64,000 nt of DNA from Geosiphon pyriformis uo1 (lineage: Eukaryota > Fungi > Glomeromycota): the NCBI GenBank assembly GCA_016748015.1, contig JAAOMT010000706.1:637047-701046 (forward strand), written 5' to 3'. Under the pieces are notes generated by a model that was given only the letters and a program-made list of their open reading frames with translations, did no database searches and was not told the DNA's origin. Shown one piece after another: positions 39,671-52,927 of the stretch. Every line of letters begins with the position of its first letter. Positions within the stretch are counted from its first letter, which is position 1. The position numbers and the translations under genes are program-made.

Positions 39671-39780
39671 CACAAGTCAGATGGTTTTTGACGGTTTGAT
39701 TGAAACCTTTATAACAAATTTTAAATGTCAGCCGAAAATTGAAAACTTTCAAAAAATTCACTTTCTGGAATAGTCTGAAG
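39640..39780 (+). ncRNA. Candidate omegaRNA scaffold / element right end of the Fanzor remnant
   Basis: Lies at and after the 3' end of the nuclease ORF. Visible stems: GGATG/TATCC (39647-39660), GGTTT/AAACC (39693-39707), TGACG/TGTCA (39689/39726), an imperfect tttcaaaaa/tttctggaa hairpin, and TCAGA (39677) complementary to terminal TCTGA (39774). The right boundary is inferred. Confidence 0.45.
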
Positions 39781-40259
39781 TCAAATTAAGATAATTGGGA
39801 TCTTTTCGCATTTGAAATGTGGTATAAAGATGCAAGCTATCAGCGCTTCTTTAAAATATTCGCTTCCTGCAGAAATCAAAACTTGCACTTCTAAATTTGA
39901 CAAATTGACGGTTTTTTTATATCCAGTAAAAATAGAACATCAACCACCTTTAAATTTCTCTTATTAATAGTTATGAAGAGTTAAGGAAGACATCCGATTC
40001 AGGATAATACTTTCAGATTCAGAATTTAAACTTACCTAAGGAACAAATGAAACATACAAACTTGACATCAATCATGACATTTGATTTATTGTATGTGTCA
40101 TGATAAAATTATCAATGGATATAAATCCGCTTCAGAAACAATTTCTAACCATTTTTTCACTTTACCCTAAATATATTCTTTTTTCCATTACCTGAGAGAG
40201 CTTATTTTAGCTCTGTATCTAAATAATTGCATGCTGAAATAATTTCAAGCCATAAGATT

Positions 40260-43200
40260 ATGTCCTTGCCTCTTATCAATAAATTGAGGAATATGGTAGG
40301 AAAACTAGCTCCTCTCTATAGTTTATTTCATAGGATTGGCTACCAAACGTAAATTGAAAATAAAATGATCTAGTTATTTTTTAGGGTGGTGCTTTTATTA
40401 CCTTGGATAGTGAGTCAAATAGTGATAGTAACGAATTTTTGGAAGAAGGTTCTTCCGATGCTAGTGAAGTAAGTTTTCTACAGTAAATTTTGAGGATCTG
40501 AGACAAATATTCTAACCAAGGTCTTCTAAAGGCTACAATTCTCATTAACGGTAACCGCATGAATCCTTTTGAAAATTCAGCGACTGGCAATATGGTGAGG
40601 ATATCAGGCTTTGGGTTTCACATTTTTAAAAATTCCAAAATGCTCTAATTTTTCTCTTTCAAGAACAACTATGAAAATGGTAACCTTGAGCTTCAAAAAG
40701 GAAATTCATCGCAAATGGCTCAAGTAAGAATTCCAGAAATTTCTTGTTTTCTACATATTCTTCAAAGATTTTGGTATAAAATTTAAATATTTTCCATAGA
40801 ATTCGAATCCATTAATTGTAATCAGTGATTCAGACCCTGATAGTAAGGACCGGGCAATGGATTTAACTTCATCAGACGAAGTTCGTAAAATCTTAGTCCT
40901 CCAAATACATGCTGAAATTTACTCGAAACAACTGAACTCAACAGAATTATTTTGGAATCGTTAGGCATCAAGCCAAACAAGTATTCAGAACTTTTCGACA
41001 GATGATGATCGGGAAGAATCAGATTCTGGGAGTTCATTAGAGCAAAGCGAGACGGGAATAAATATTGGTCGACCATTTCTAATTCGTCACATTATTGGTC
41101 GAAACAACTATGACCCTGAGCTGATAAATTTTGCAGACATCGAACCTTTCACGAACGAATCAATTGTAATTATTCACAATATTAAAAATCTCGAATATCC
41201 ACGTTTACTATTTTATATCAAATTTTATAGCCCCAGAAACTAGCTCCATACATTGAAATTCCACCTTTTGCCAAGGTCAAAAGTTGCTTTAACTATACAA
41301 ACCCCAAAGTTTCCAGGAATTGGGCCAGCGAAGATGAATGTATTCAAAAACTGTTCAATAGCTTTCAGTCAATTTCGGTTAGACCCTGCTTTGACGAACT
41401 TGAACTGGATAATTTTGAAATTTATGATGAATACTTTGAGGTAACATATCTGTTTATTTGTTTTTGCCAACTGATAGTACATTAAAATTCTTTTATTATT
41501 TCCAGTATACAAATCTCTCTGATTTGCAAGAGGCGACTGTCAAAAAAATTTTATATATCGATGGGATCGTAAAATATAAGGATAAAGGGATTGAATGTCG
41601 CAAAGTATAAAAAATAATTTTAATTTGAAATTTCATAACCGTCTTTTGGTTAATTGACGTATGTTTCAATAACAAAATAAAATTTATCTAGATTAAAGTC
41701 TCTCAATTCTCTATAAGTGGGTATGGAAGGGATATCGCTGAACTTGTATTTTTCCTGCCATCAGAGACCTATTTGAATGTCTGGTATAAACTGGGAAGAC
41801 CTGCCAAAGAGTACTCACAAATTTTTCGAGCTTTCTGTTGGAAAGCCAGATTGGCCAAATATGTATTTGATTGGAAGGAAGAAGAAAGTGATTTGTGTCT
41901 CCTGGATTTCAAAATTGATTTCTATAAATGGGTATTCAACCAATGGGCCGAAGAAACAAACTTTCATGATTGGATATTTAATATGAATGGTAAAACAGAT
42001 TTCCGACAAGTGATTGTGGCTTGTAGTCAGTTTTTATGGAATCAAGCTCATAATCTCGACAAAGCATTGACAACTCTCATGCTTTTCAAAGGTAATACTA
42101 TTTTGCTTGTAAAACTTGTGGTGGCATTTGGTTTATCTAGAAATTTTTTTTATAGAAACGGGTCATTATGGCGAAAGTGAGGTATTTTGATGTAAATCGT
42201 GTTCAAGATTATTCAAATGGCGCATATACTTTATCCTCCTTCAATCAGGATATATGGGGAGAGAAAACTATCGTCACTCCCACTATACATCGTTGGTTCG
42301 AAGACCTCTACCCGGATCATCTGCATGTCATAGGTGAAATCATACGGCGTCCTTTATTTTGGAAAATATTTATGCTTATATGGTCGTTTTTAGGGGATCC
42401 TTCGTTGAAAATAATCGGGAAACTTGATGATGACCTTAACCCAGAAGTATCTAAGATTGATCACTTTAGAAATTCACCCCTCTTTCAAGATGAAATTATC
42501 GACCAGAAAGGATCCTTCAAGAGAGTAACTATTGGTAATGTGACAATAAGTGTTGGGGATACAGTGGAACTTTATCCTAATCCACTCTATCAATGGGGAG
42601 AGCATGATCAAAAATGGATTTGGTAAAAGTATAAAAGTTACCTGATTTTTATTATATCTTAGCAGAATGCTCACACTAGCCGTAAATTTTCTTGATTTTT
42701 TCAGCATGATTACTCGAATACAAAGCCCTTGTGACGGTAAACTTTCTCAATATGGAACCTTTCGGCTTCTGTGGCTGTATACAAAGTCACAAACTTTCCT
42801 ATCTGGCCTTAAAAAAGACTTTCACCTTCAAGCCAAAAGAGAATTATTCTTGACAAAGCATTGTGAATGCGCGAACCTACAAATTTTGACTAACATAAAA
42901 AGAAAAGTTCATGTAAATTTTGGCGCTTCCTCCTGCTCTGGTATGTCGAGTTTTCTTTCGTATCTCAATTTAAATATTTTAAGCCATAATACATTTTCTC
43001 ATCGTAAATGTAGCAAATCCAGATTCATATTTTTGCGAGTACTTTTATCACCACCAAGAAGGAAACTTCTTGAGTATCACAGCGCAAATTCTAAACGGGC
43101 TAAATATTTCATCTATTTGTGGATGCTCTGCTCCACTGTTTCACAGCGAGTGGATCGAATTTTTCGAAAATTTTAATGTTGGGAATTGTATACTCATAAA

Positions 43201-45426
43201 GGCTCAACCAGAAGACCCAACCAAGTTTTATACAATTTTATGTATTGAAGAGATTCTTGTGGAAAAGAGGACTGTGAAGTTAAGGCGATTTTTTCGTCGA
43301 TTTGAAGTTGATAGAAAAAGGGGTGGTCCTCCCAATTTTCCAATAAATGAGCTCCTTTACTCAAATTACATTTTTGAGTACAGAGATATTAAATGGCAAG
43401 CAAGCCCATGCCATGTAGAATACCTTCCTTTTGGTACAAAGCCATTGCCCCCAAACATTCAGCATCGAGGAGCTGGAAACCATGTAAATTTATTTTTGAT
43501 AAACTCGAACCATAAATACTAGATGAGGTCCTTGACGATCAAAAATCTTCAGTTTTATTTTTCCATGCAGTATGACTTTCGAAGCAAAGAAATTAAACAT
43601 ATAAAATCTCCTGAAATTGAAGCAGCTTTCCCTAAATACAGCGATAAAGTATTAAAAATTCAAAAGCTTAAATGCTTGGATTTATTTTGCGGTGGTGGCT
43701 CTTTAGGTCGAAGATTTGAAAATTCTGGATACGTTGATTGCCGATGGTAGGCTCAATTTTTTATCGACTTCGTTAATGCCTTATATTCACTCATGTTTTA
43801 ATTTATAGGGCTGTTGATAAATTTCACGCAGCTATAGAAACCTACCAGCAGAATTCAACAAATAAAAATACTATCATTATGCATGAAAGCGTGAATAGCA
43901 TTTTGGAAGATGCTATTCTGTGCGATGGGAAATCGAGTGCTCCGAAAAAAGTATTATTTTTTGATGTTGAATGTTAATATTCGTCATTTGTCCATTCAAT
44001 GAATTTAAATTTTTTAGGGTGAAGTGGACCTTATTTTGGCTGGATCTCCATGTCAAGGATTTTCTAAACTAAACCGATTCAGAAAAGGCCATACTAGCCA
44101 GGCCAATAATTCCTTAGTCGCATCCTTAGCATCTTTTGTAGACTACTATCGTCCAAGATACTTCCTTCTCGAGAACGTTGTCTCGATAATGCAAGAGGAG
44201 GGTATGAAAATTTTATAAAATCAATTATTATCGTAATCGCACAAATGTACCAGTTATCTGCATCAATTTTTACAGTCTTTGTAAGACTCTTAGCCTGTCT
44301 CTTGGAAATTGGATATCAAACAAAGTTTGGTGTTATTTCTGCGGAACATCTAGGATGCCCACAAACCCGTCGGCGTGTATTTTTATGGGGGGCAGCAAAG
44401 AAGAAGTGCTTCCTGATTTCCCATCAATTACACACGAAAGGAAAAATCATTCCGCGGGAAATCGATACACTTTGGAAGCTCCCAATTCTATAAGGTACCT
44501 AAATTCAAAATAAATATTAATCCCAGGAATTAGGAAAATTCCTAAATTAAATTTCATTTTTCAAGATTGGGTAGATCAGAAAGAAATCAACATACTACCT
44601 TTCCATATACAACAGTCTATGAAGGAATTGGGGACCTCCCCCCTTTAGATACTGGAATTTATTGGTATCCCGAGTTTGCAGATCATCAAACCATTGCTAC
44701 CACCCAAAGAGATAAAGAAATACTCCGAAGAATACCAATCGAAGCAGGGGGTGATTACTTCTTAGCTCTTAAACGCGGTTTGATACCAGATAATTTCCGA
44801 CTAGATAATGTACAAAAATTACCGAGGAAACAATACTGTGCACGCGTAGATGCCGATGGCGTATTTCCCACAATTGTCACAAGTTTAAGTAGGTTAATAC
44901 AAATATATAATTCGAAAGTACGCTGCGTAATATTAAAAATTGGTTTGTCTTGATTTAATTAACAGAAACGAGCTCTTATGTAAGCTCTATTTCAGAAGTT
45001 TATTAAGTTTTCACTTGGTTATTTCGGAAATTTGTGATAAATGTTAAACTTAATATCATAGAATCCTCAATTTGTTCATTATGACCAACCAAGGGTTATT
45101 AGTGTTCGCGAAGCAGCCCGAGGACAAGGTAATATCTATGTCTTTGAGTCGACTTTCATGAAATTGTTCAAGTTTTAATTTTAAGAATTTTCAGGATTCT
45201 TAGATAGTGACATCATCGTTGGAACTATTCACGAGCAATATAAAATTATTGGTAATATGATCTTAATACTATAATATTTTCATTAATATATCATGTCTAA
45301 GTCAAAATTTATTATTCAAAAGGTAATTCTGTCCCTCAGAATATAGCATTTGCTTTAGGACTTCAATTGGGCCGAGCCTTGAATGACTCAAAACGTCATT
45401 CAGCTTTAAAAAATATTCTCAAATAA
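40260..45426 (+). CDS. DIM-2/DNMT1-superfamily DNA (cytosine-5) methyltransferase: acidic N-terminus, RFTS/RFD, two BAH domains, MTase; more than 20 short introns; one apparent 1-nt frameshift at about 44398
   Basis: Motif I LDLFCGGG, II WAVD, IV AGSPCQGFS, VI LLENV, VIII GCPQTRRRVF, IX RVISVREAARGQGF, X QYKIIGNSVP. BAH motifs VGDTVEL, RELFLTKHCEC, NELLYS. Exons join in frame via GT-AG introns, including a 14-nt micro-exon at about 44966. Start codon uncertain; stop TAA at 45424-45426. Confidence 0.92.
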
Positions 45427-48400
45427 GATTTTCTAATTAATATGTACACAAAACGTAACAATATTAACTGAATAAGAGGGTGGAGCATATTAAAGAAAAG
45501 CTCTTTGGGAACATTTTGATTTTTCATTTGAAAACTCCCAACATGTTTGGAACCATAATGCAAGTCCCTAAAAAATTCCGAGTTATATATATTAATAAAA
45601 TTTATTTTTTATTATAATAATTAAAAATTTATTATCTAATGGTAATTATCTTAAAGTTTCATTAAAAAATCAATATTTATTCGGTTTTCCTTGTGTTGCA
45701 ATTATTTCTTGAATTCGTTGAGGCATACTTTATAATTGTTGATTTGGAAATAGGTTTCCATGTTTCTTTAATATTTTTATCAAGTTCTTTGAAAATTAGT
45801 TGGTAAATTCTTTTTTTTATAAATACATGTATTATGTTTCAATACAGTTCACAAATTCTCAATAAGATTGAGATCTTGACTTTTCAAGAAAGAATACACA
45901 ATTTATTTTCAGTATGGGTTGTCAGTTCTTTCTTCACTTTCAGAAAAAAAAAAGGTATAAAAAGATACTATACCCACATCACAAAAAAACTTATATATGC
46001 ATTTCAAAAAATAAAAACGCGTAAATAAATGATTTATTATCTGATTTAGATATTAATTCGTACTTGCGATCATTCCAGTAAATATTGCCCCAATTTGTCC
46101 TTAAAGTTCTGCCACACTCTGTATTTCATTTAATCGGCAACTTAGGGATTGAAAATTCAATTCAACTTGAAGAAAGTTTTGATTAAGGCATTATTTGATG
46201 TGCTCTAAAGCTCAAGGTAACCTATTTAGTACCTCAACCTCAATTTTTGCGACTCATATTGTTGTCACGTTATATATAAATTTTTTAATTCCGTTGATTA
46301 TGAACAGAATTTGATTATATTAACAGTAATAAATCTTTTCCTTCCATGTGAAAACTAGAGTTTAGCATTGGTATAATGCATTTAAATTTAATCTTTGGAA
46401 ATGTAAACCCGAACAATCACTAAACATATTCTAATTTAATCGCTAGTATTTTATTCACAACTGGCTTGTTGAAATAATAATAATAATAATAATAATATAA
46501 TTTACAGCATACTTTTTGGGATTTCTTATTATTGGACTCGAAGTCTTGACACTTTTTTGTTAAACCTTTTAAAAAATTGTTTTCATATACTGTTAATACT
46601 GAATAATTATAGTCTTATATTTAAGAAAAATACAATTTTTTTAAAACCTAATATGTTACTTACTTTTGTTTTACAAACTATAAAACATTTCAAAAATTTT
46701 GCACAAGTATTTTTTTTATTTTAATATATTATAATAGCATTAAAATTGTTTTTGGCTGTACTTCTAACTATTTTTAATATATTTTTGAACATTTTAATAC
46801 AGCTTAAAACTGGATCACAATTTAAGCTTTTTAAAAAAAGCCCAGTTTTTTGAAAAAATAATTAACATTTCTTAATATTGATATTACTAAATTAATAAAT
46901 AGCAAAAGAAACAATTATTGCATAATTATAAAAACAAATAAAAGTAATTTCAACAAAGAAGTCAATTGAATAAATAAGAGATTTCATTAATATAATTAGT
47001 TTTAAAATGACAGTTGTTAATCTTTTCAAAAAAAATTTTGGAAGTTAAAAAAGAGTTTGTAATTGTTAACTAAGAATAATATAGCTGTTATAATATTATG
47101 CTTCTGTTGGCATTTTTTAGAATTCAATAAAAATATTGATTATTTTTCAATTATTAATTGAAATTTTTTTTCTAAACTAACAAAATACAAATCAAGAAAA
47201 AAAGTTGAATTGAATACAAAAGTAAAAAATATGAATTGCTTTTGCTAATATTTTATATGATTATATATATTTTTTTACAGCTTTAAGAAATTTTATTTAT
47301 GTAGTTAATAAAAGAAACACAAAACCAAGTCAATAACTAAGTAATAATCTGATCAATAATTGAGTCAATGACTAAATTAATAAATAATTAAGATAATTAA
47401 AATTAAACTATTTTAAATAAAAATATAATGATACTTAATCATAAAAATAGTAAATAATTGGCAACATAACAATATTGTGGAAAGGTGTGAATGATTAAAT
47501 ATAAATTGATTTATTTTGGATATTTTCAACTTTTGAAAAAAAATCTGTTCAATTTCATTAATTTAAAACTATAAATAATTTTTTCCACGAGTATTAGACA
47601 ACTGTTCTTTAACATTTTTTGAAAAAAAAACTCAATGGGAAATTCACTAAAACACGAAATAAAGAAATCTTAAATATCTCCTTAGATTTCTAGAGTTCTT
47701 GGACTTAAATTTTGGCACAAGGCCTTTAGACTTGGATCTGATCATTTTATTTGGGAAGAATTGGATTGTAACAAATTTTTCTAACTTGTTAAATCAACCT
47801 TTTTCCATACTTAATAAATGAGTAGGCGTACACTTATATAGCCTAACCTTTCCTTTTAAAAAATGCACATAAGCGCTACGAAAAAGCTAGTGATAATTGG
47901 AAAATAATATTGTATATAAATTAAAAATATCCAAATTTGAGGCTTTTTTTTTATCTTTGTTTATGCAAGAATTGGGAAAATCTACTAGTTTACTTTTCCC
48001 GGTTTGATTAATTTTTCTTTCCACTCATGGATCGGAAAAGAAACGTTGCCGGTCTACGGCTATTGTTGAAGCATAAAACTCTACTTTCACGTTAGCTATT
48101 TTTTAAAATATCATCGAAAACTTATTGAAAGAAGCATTCTACATATCTCTGAAGCTGAAGCTTAAATTGGAAATTTTGGTCCTTCACCTGCAATCGTTAG
48201 ACATTTTTACACTCTTCTGATGAGAAAATAACGCTCTCTTCAAATTTAATATAAAGTCATTTCGACTGCAAATATTTTAGCCCAGTAAACCCGAGTTTAA
48301 AATTACAATGGTAAAAAGTAACAAGCAGGAAGACTTCTTTCCTGACATCAAAGATTCTTCATTTTTGTTTGAGATTATATAAAATACCTCTTCTTAGATA

Positions 48401-48669
48401 TACTGCGATATCAAAAATCTCTAACTACATTTGTAAGATCGTATTATGCGGCCTTTTGAACCGATTTATTTTACATAAATTACGCTTGTCATAAAATAGG
48501 TCAGTGCCAAAACTAACAATTAAAGATTTTAATTTCGCATCCATTTGGTCACAATTCATAAAATTATTAAAAATAGGAACTATTCACAGGCCTCAAATTC
48601 TGTATAATAAAAATTGAGAAAAATTTTCGAGCAATAACTCCATAACATTTTGGTTACATATATGTCTAA

Positions 48670-48990
48670 GAACTTTTTCTTGTCCTGCTGCATTTAAAAC
48701 ACTTTTAACAGCAAAATCAACCAAATGGCCAATTAAAAAAATAGAAAATATAATTTGGAGTGATGAATCCAAATCTTGTATATTTTAAAAATTATTTTTT
48801 ATATGGATTCAAGTGACTTTCAATGGTCGAGGTTATTGATTTAATATGCTAATGCATCTGTTAATACAGCAAATAAAGTTAAAGTTTAATGAATAAGCTA
48901 ATAATTGAACTTTCTTATCTCCAGATCTAAGGAATCGAACCATGTATCAAATGAAAATTATTAAAAGTGTGCCTAGAAGATTCCAAAAAT
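48670..48990 (+). mobile_element. Internally deleted Tc1-like transposase remnant
   Basis: IIWSDESK at about 48750, SPDL at about 48918 and SVPRR at about 48966, in Tc1 order but compressed; no TIRs found. Confidence 0.6.
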
Positions 48991-51835
48991 ACAATGTGTG
49001 ACAAAAGATTATTAACTTTACAGTTCCACAAAAGATCATAAGGGATCATATTTTTAGAAAGGCCAAAAACAACAGATTTTTATTGATAAAATTTAATAAG
49101 CCTTCAGGTAGGCGTTATCACGTTGAAAGTGCGAAATCTCAATATAAAACTTATTATCCAGGATAAAGTAAGCTAGTTTTTCCCTTCATAAAAAAAAACC
49201 GCCCACGCTAAATCTTTGTGCAATTCTTTGGTTTTGGACAAACTGGTACCAATGTTCAATCGTGTTTGGACAGAAAATACGGTTTTTTTTTCAGTCATCA
49301 TTAAGATGAAATTTAGCCCAATCAAGGCATTTCTGGTTTTGAACTTTGGTCAGCATTGGCTTAGTAATTGGTAGATTTTTTGTATATTTAAATACCTGCC
49401 AATTATGTGATATGAGATGTCGTATTTAGTTTAGTAGCAATTTTTCGCAGAGACAAAGAAGAACATCTTGGCCTAATTTTCTTGCGACGACCATTACATT
49501 ATATTGCACATTTGATGTAGGTAGCTTAATATGTTTACTTAATCTTAACACCAAAAATTCACCCTTACTTCAGAAGCACAATAGTTTTTGGTTGTTGCAT
49601 TCTTTGGCCGACAGATTCATCTCCAGGCTGCAAATTCATTTCACTTTAGAAATAGATGTAAATAATATCTATCATATGGGTAAAAAACTTTTATGTGCCA
49701 ATTTTCCCCTGTTGATTGTTACTAATAAATATTCCTTATTAATACAAATATTCAAAGACTTTGACATAGGAGTGTATATATTACAATAAACTTATAATTT
49801 TTAAAGAATCCATTTATATTACTTCCATTTGATTTTTTAAGCTTAAAATTACTTTCTTATTCCTCTTATCTCTTATCCCTACTCTCATGAATTCTTTGCA
49901 AATAAAATGATGATTTTTAAACAAAGCTAATGACTAGATTTGATAATTGCTAAAATAGTAAGATTCTTTTCTTTAAGAGAATATTGATTGGGCTGAGAAT
50001 AATAATCCAATAATTAGGAAATTTTACAATTGAGTTTTTAAAATAAAAACATGGACGTTAATTTGTACAACATAGTTCACATTTAACTTATTCTTTTAAC
50101 TCAGAAAATACCAAATAAAATTTGTTGTGGCTCTTCCTAAATGAATACCCACTGTAATTTAGTATCTTTTCTATTTTAGAAATTATACTTCATTTTTATT
50201 TTTATTATTTACTTTAGTCAAAAGACAATTTTTACCACATTTTAATCATTGGACAACTCCTTTGTTCTTTACAACATGTGTTGGTTTTGCATATATTTTT
50301 TCTAATTGTTCCTTTAGGGCAGCTATCCCAAATTTATTAAATCAATCAAAAAAATTGATTGCGGAAAAGCCCGTTGGGAGCTAAAAAAGACACCATATTC
50401 TATTAGGGACAAAATATATAATTAATAAAAAAATTTTAAACTAATTTTTTTCATTAATGGATTGATCACTGCAATATTCTTCCATCACAAAACCCCCCTT
50501 AATTTCTAAGAATATCAAATCTTCGAATTCAATTAATCGGAAAATATTTCACCGATTTCCATATCTATGGTATTGCTTCGCTCAAATTCTTTTATTAATG
50601 TGATTACATGATAATGGTTATATTTAAGTTTCAAAGCTAAAACCAGTAAAACCAATAAAACAAATTTTTGAGAATCATAATATTTTTCCTTTGTTATCTC
50701 AATTATTAAAATTTAATGACAACTTCCTTTTTCATTACGGGGAAATGATATTACTAAGATCAAAAGTAATTATTTTCCCTGATTTAATAATGTTATTAAC
50801 TATATTTAGAACACAGGGTAACTGAAATTAATTAAAAAAAATCCCGGGAAAAAAAATCACTATTTTTCTTACAGCAGTACCTTTAAAATGTGTAACTATA
50901 TAAAGTAAACATAGATTATGGGCAAAATTACTAAAGTATTAAAGGTTATTTTGTGGGCGTTTCCTCGATAAAATTTCATCCCTGCATAAAATATGTCACT
51001 TCTCGATTTAGTCTTCCTATAGCTGGAATTATGGCATCATAAATTCTACCACTTTTTTAACTTGTCAACTTTGATTTAAACGTATAGAGATCAGCATCAC
51101 CCCCCCAGAATTGAGTTAATTATAACATACCTGATGCTTTTTACGATCTTATGATATAATATTATGACTTATCCTTATTTTTCATTGAAAGAAGTCGAAT
51201 TCTGAAAAGCATTATATGGTAATTTCTATATTGAAATTAAGGTTATTTACAACTCTGCGGGTGTAAATCATATGGCCAATTAACAATTAAGCAAACTGCT
51301 TGTCTATCCCATTTATATCAAATAATCCAAAAAATAAACCTTCTGAAAATCCAATAAAAGAACATATTCATTCATTTCGGGCATCTTTTTGACCGAGAAT
51401 GGGTGAATTCTTGATTTTTCATTCATGAATTTTGTCCCTTGAAAAATGTCTAAAAATAGAATAGATTTGCAATGAACTTTGAGTTTAACAAATATCTTTG
51501 TCTAGTAACCGGAAAGGTGTAACCATTTAAAGTATCATCTTTACGTCACTAAGGCATGAAGCAAAAGGGCGATGATCTCGAAATCTGACCACTATAAAGT
51601 TGGTGGATTTTCACTCATTTTAACAATTTCCTAATTTCTCGGCCGTTATTTTCTTTATCGTCAACACTTTGTTTTCCTAGAAAGTTTTATTACTAGCTAC
51701 TATTACCACTCGACGTTAACTGGGTTGCTTGTTACGTATACAAGGAAATATTACTCATACCAGAGTTTAGACTGAAAATTTAAAACCATCGTATTAATCG
51801 AATTCCCATTTCAAGAATCCTAAATAAATTTTACC

Positions 51836-52927
51836 ATGGCTATTTGGGACACATTGGACAATTATCCTTCGGGTTGTAGCCCACCATTAACTGATTATAT
51901 CCAAACGGACCCAAAAATGAAATTTTCATATCACCCAGAAAATACAACGTTCCAAAACGGATTTCTAGGTGTAGCTCCTTCAATCCCTGCAACGATATCT
52001 GGGACACTTCATATTCGGTTTCCGGAAGCGGTCGAGGCAAAGTCTATCTTGCTAAACTTCATCGGGCGAGAGACAGTTGAATGGGTTGACTTGAAAAGAA
52101 TTCGAGGCCAAAAAATAATTGTGGATAAAAGTATCTCTCTATGGAAATCGACTAGAGAAGTTGGACATGAATTAATCACAGATTTTGATTTACCATTTGA
52201 GTTTCAAGTGCCTGAAGATGCAGTCGAATCATTCAAAACACATTTTGGAAATGTTACTTACACGTTACGTGCAATCATAAAGCGAAAACCGAAAAAGAAG
52301 AGTAATATTTGTGAGGTTCGGGTTCCAATTTTGCGTTACACCATTCCCGATCCTGAAGAAATGCGTCCGCTTGTAATAAGATCACATTCGCGTCCAAGAC
52401 AAGTACCTCTATCTTGGAACGCCATCTTACCGTCAACATTTTTTCACATAAACAATGAAGAGTCGATCAAACTTCAAATAATTGCACACAATCCCACCTT
52501 AAGAATTAAAAAAATCAGCGCATGTTTAAAAACATTGATGACATACACCGTTGATGATAGTAACGTAATTTCGCTTTATAGAGAAAAACGTCATTCGAAA
52601 CATGAGGTTTTTCTAAAAGATATCACCATAGAGCCATTCGGACCAGATATCAGTTTCAAAGCTGACGTTAAAATACGAATTCCTGATGACGTACCACCAA
52701 CATGTAAAACGAAACACATCACGATCAAGAATGAGATACAAATTAAAGTTACCTTTGAAAAATCACGACATCATGTGCTAATAATGCGGGAGATTTTTGT
52801 GGGTCGAAATTTTAATAATGAACGGGCTGGGTCACTTGTAAGAAGGTCAGTAAGAAGGTCATTGGACTTCTCTGAAATTCCAGCAAAACCATTTGCAACT
52901 CCATCCTTCGAGCTATCACATTGTTAG
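51836..52927 (+). CDS. Arrestin-domain (alpha-arrestin-like) protein, intronless
   Basis: 363-aa ORF with ISGTLHI, SILLNFIGRETVEW, LPFEFQVP, SFKTHFGNVTYTLRAII and a second beta-sandwich ending PPT..TKHITIKNEIQIKV. Confidence 0.85.
   Translation: MAIWDTLDNYPSGCSPPLTDYIQTDPKMKFSYHPENTTFQNGFLGVAPSIPATISGTLHIRFPEAVEAKSILLNFIGRETVEWVDLKRIRGQKIIVDKSISLWKSTREVGHELITDFDLPFEFQVPEDAVESFKTHFGNVTYTLRAIIKRKPKKKSNICEVRVPILRYTIPDPEEMRPLVIRSHSRPRQVPLSWNAILPSTFFHINNEESIKLQIIAHNPTLRIKKISACLKTLMTYTVDDSNVISLYREKRHSKHEVFLKDITIEPFGPDISFKADVKIRIPDDVPPTCKTKHITIKNEIQIKVTFEKSRHHVLIMREIFVGRNFNNERAGSLVRRSVRRSLDFSEIPAKPFATPSFELSHC

Noticed and set aside
39455-39673. 72-aa minus-strand ORF
   Set aside because: Antisense shadow of the Fanzor remnant; the conserved motifs are on the + strand.
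47540-48420. Moderate-GC stretch that might be an F-box/LRR pseudogene
   Set aside because: No convincing motif in any frame by eye.
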